From Chloroflexia bacterium (lineage in GTDB: Bacteria; Chloroflexota; Chloroflexia; QHBQ01; JADMIH01): a stretch of 64,000 nt of DNA. This document shows positions 63,879-64,000 of this stretch, one piece after another. The stretch is taken from positions 3,760 to 67,759 of the forward strand of contig JBBRDO010000006.1 in the NCBI GenBank assembly GCA_038203825.1. Reading direction: 5' to 3'. The stretch's first letter is position 1. Each line of letters opens with the position of its first letter. The position numbers and the translations under genes are program-made. The notes under the pieces were generated by a model that saw only the letters and a program-made list of their open reading frames with translations, was not told where the DNA came from and searched no databases.

Positions 63879-64000
63879 ATGCCTGTCGTCAGAAGATTAT
63901 GGTTTGGTGCCAGTTTCGCGTGCCTGCTTGTGCTTGGTTTAGCCTTAGGCTGGGCAGGCGCGGGCATTTCGAGTGCTCAGGTTTCGCCAACGGGCGATCA
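63879..64000 (+). CDS. 5' end of a secreted protein gene (runs off the window)
   Basis: My translation: MPVVRRLWFGASFACLLVLGLALGWAGAGISSAQVSPTGD, a signal peptide with an AQ cleavage-like site. GGAGGAG RBS at 63862-63868. Confidence 0.55.
   Translation, partial: MPVVRRLWFGASFACLLVLGLALGWAGAGISSAQVSPTGD

Overview
A 64-kb chromosomal window, GC-rich by eye, with about 50 protein-coding genes. I recognised no rRNA, tRNA, CRISPR array, transposase or integrase. The gene content points to a monoderm, Chloroflexota-like and possibly thermophilic organism. This is inference only, resting on a secretin-less Tad pilus operon, a giant SLH-anchored Thr/Pro-rich surface protein, a Ycf45-like R3H ATPase, PdxS/PdxT and BpsA-type polyamine genes.

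Layout, left to right:
- Tad pilus operon: tadC, tadB, cpaF, cpaE-like, cpaB.
- Methyltransferase, response regulator and histidine kinase unit.
- TetR plus MMPL transporter pair, with a textbook promoter and operator.
- A tightly packed five-gene envelope operon: bPH2 protein, 879-aa secreted/membrane protein, ABC ATPase, ABC-2 permease, 623-aa coiled-coil/GQ-repeat protein.
- Cystathionine gamma-synthase/lyase.
- A more AT-rich NERD plus DUF5680-like pair.
- GT87-like glycosyltransferase and a lipoprotein.
- pdxS and pdxT.
- R3H ATPase and a DarA-like c-di-AMP receptor.
- Repeat-flanked zinc-ribbon gene.
- rsgA.
- Cyclase/NB-ARC/TPR STAND protein.
- A 1683-aa SLH surface protein separated from its signal peptide by one in-frame TAG.
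- ACP, Cas4-like, FkbH-like, SpeH, GNAT and BpsA-like cluster.
- GH13 and udk.
- Envelope glycan genes: GT4, O-antigen-ligase-like, flippase.
- ECF sigma factor and a putative anti-sigma factor.
- GT-C glycosyltransferase, gltX, and a membrane-anchored ferrochelatase-like protein.

The most unusual signals:
1. A dispersed family of heptad-phased (7, 14 and 35 bp) intergenic repeats and hairpins that abut or contain stop codons.
2. The amber-interrupted giant S-layer-type gene behind a consensus promoter.
3. The polyamine, ACP, FkbH-like and membrane Cas4-like cluster.
4. The five-gene ABC-associated envelope operon of unknown function.

All functional calls come from reading the translated ORFs and motifs. 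No database search was possible.
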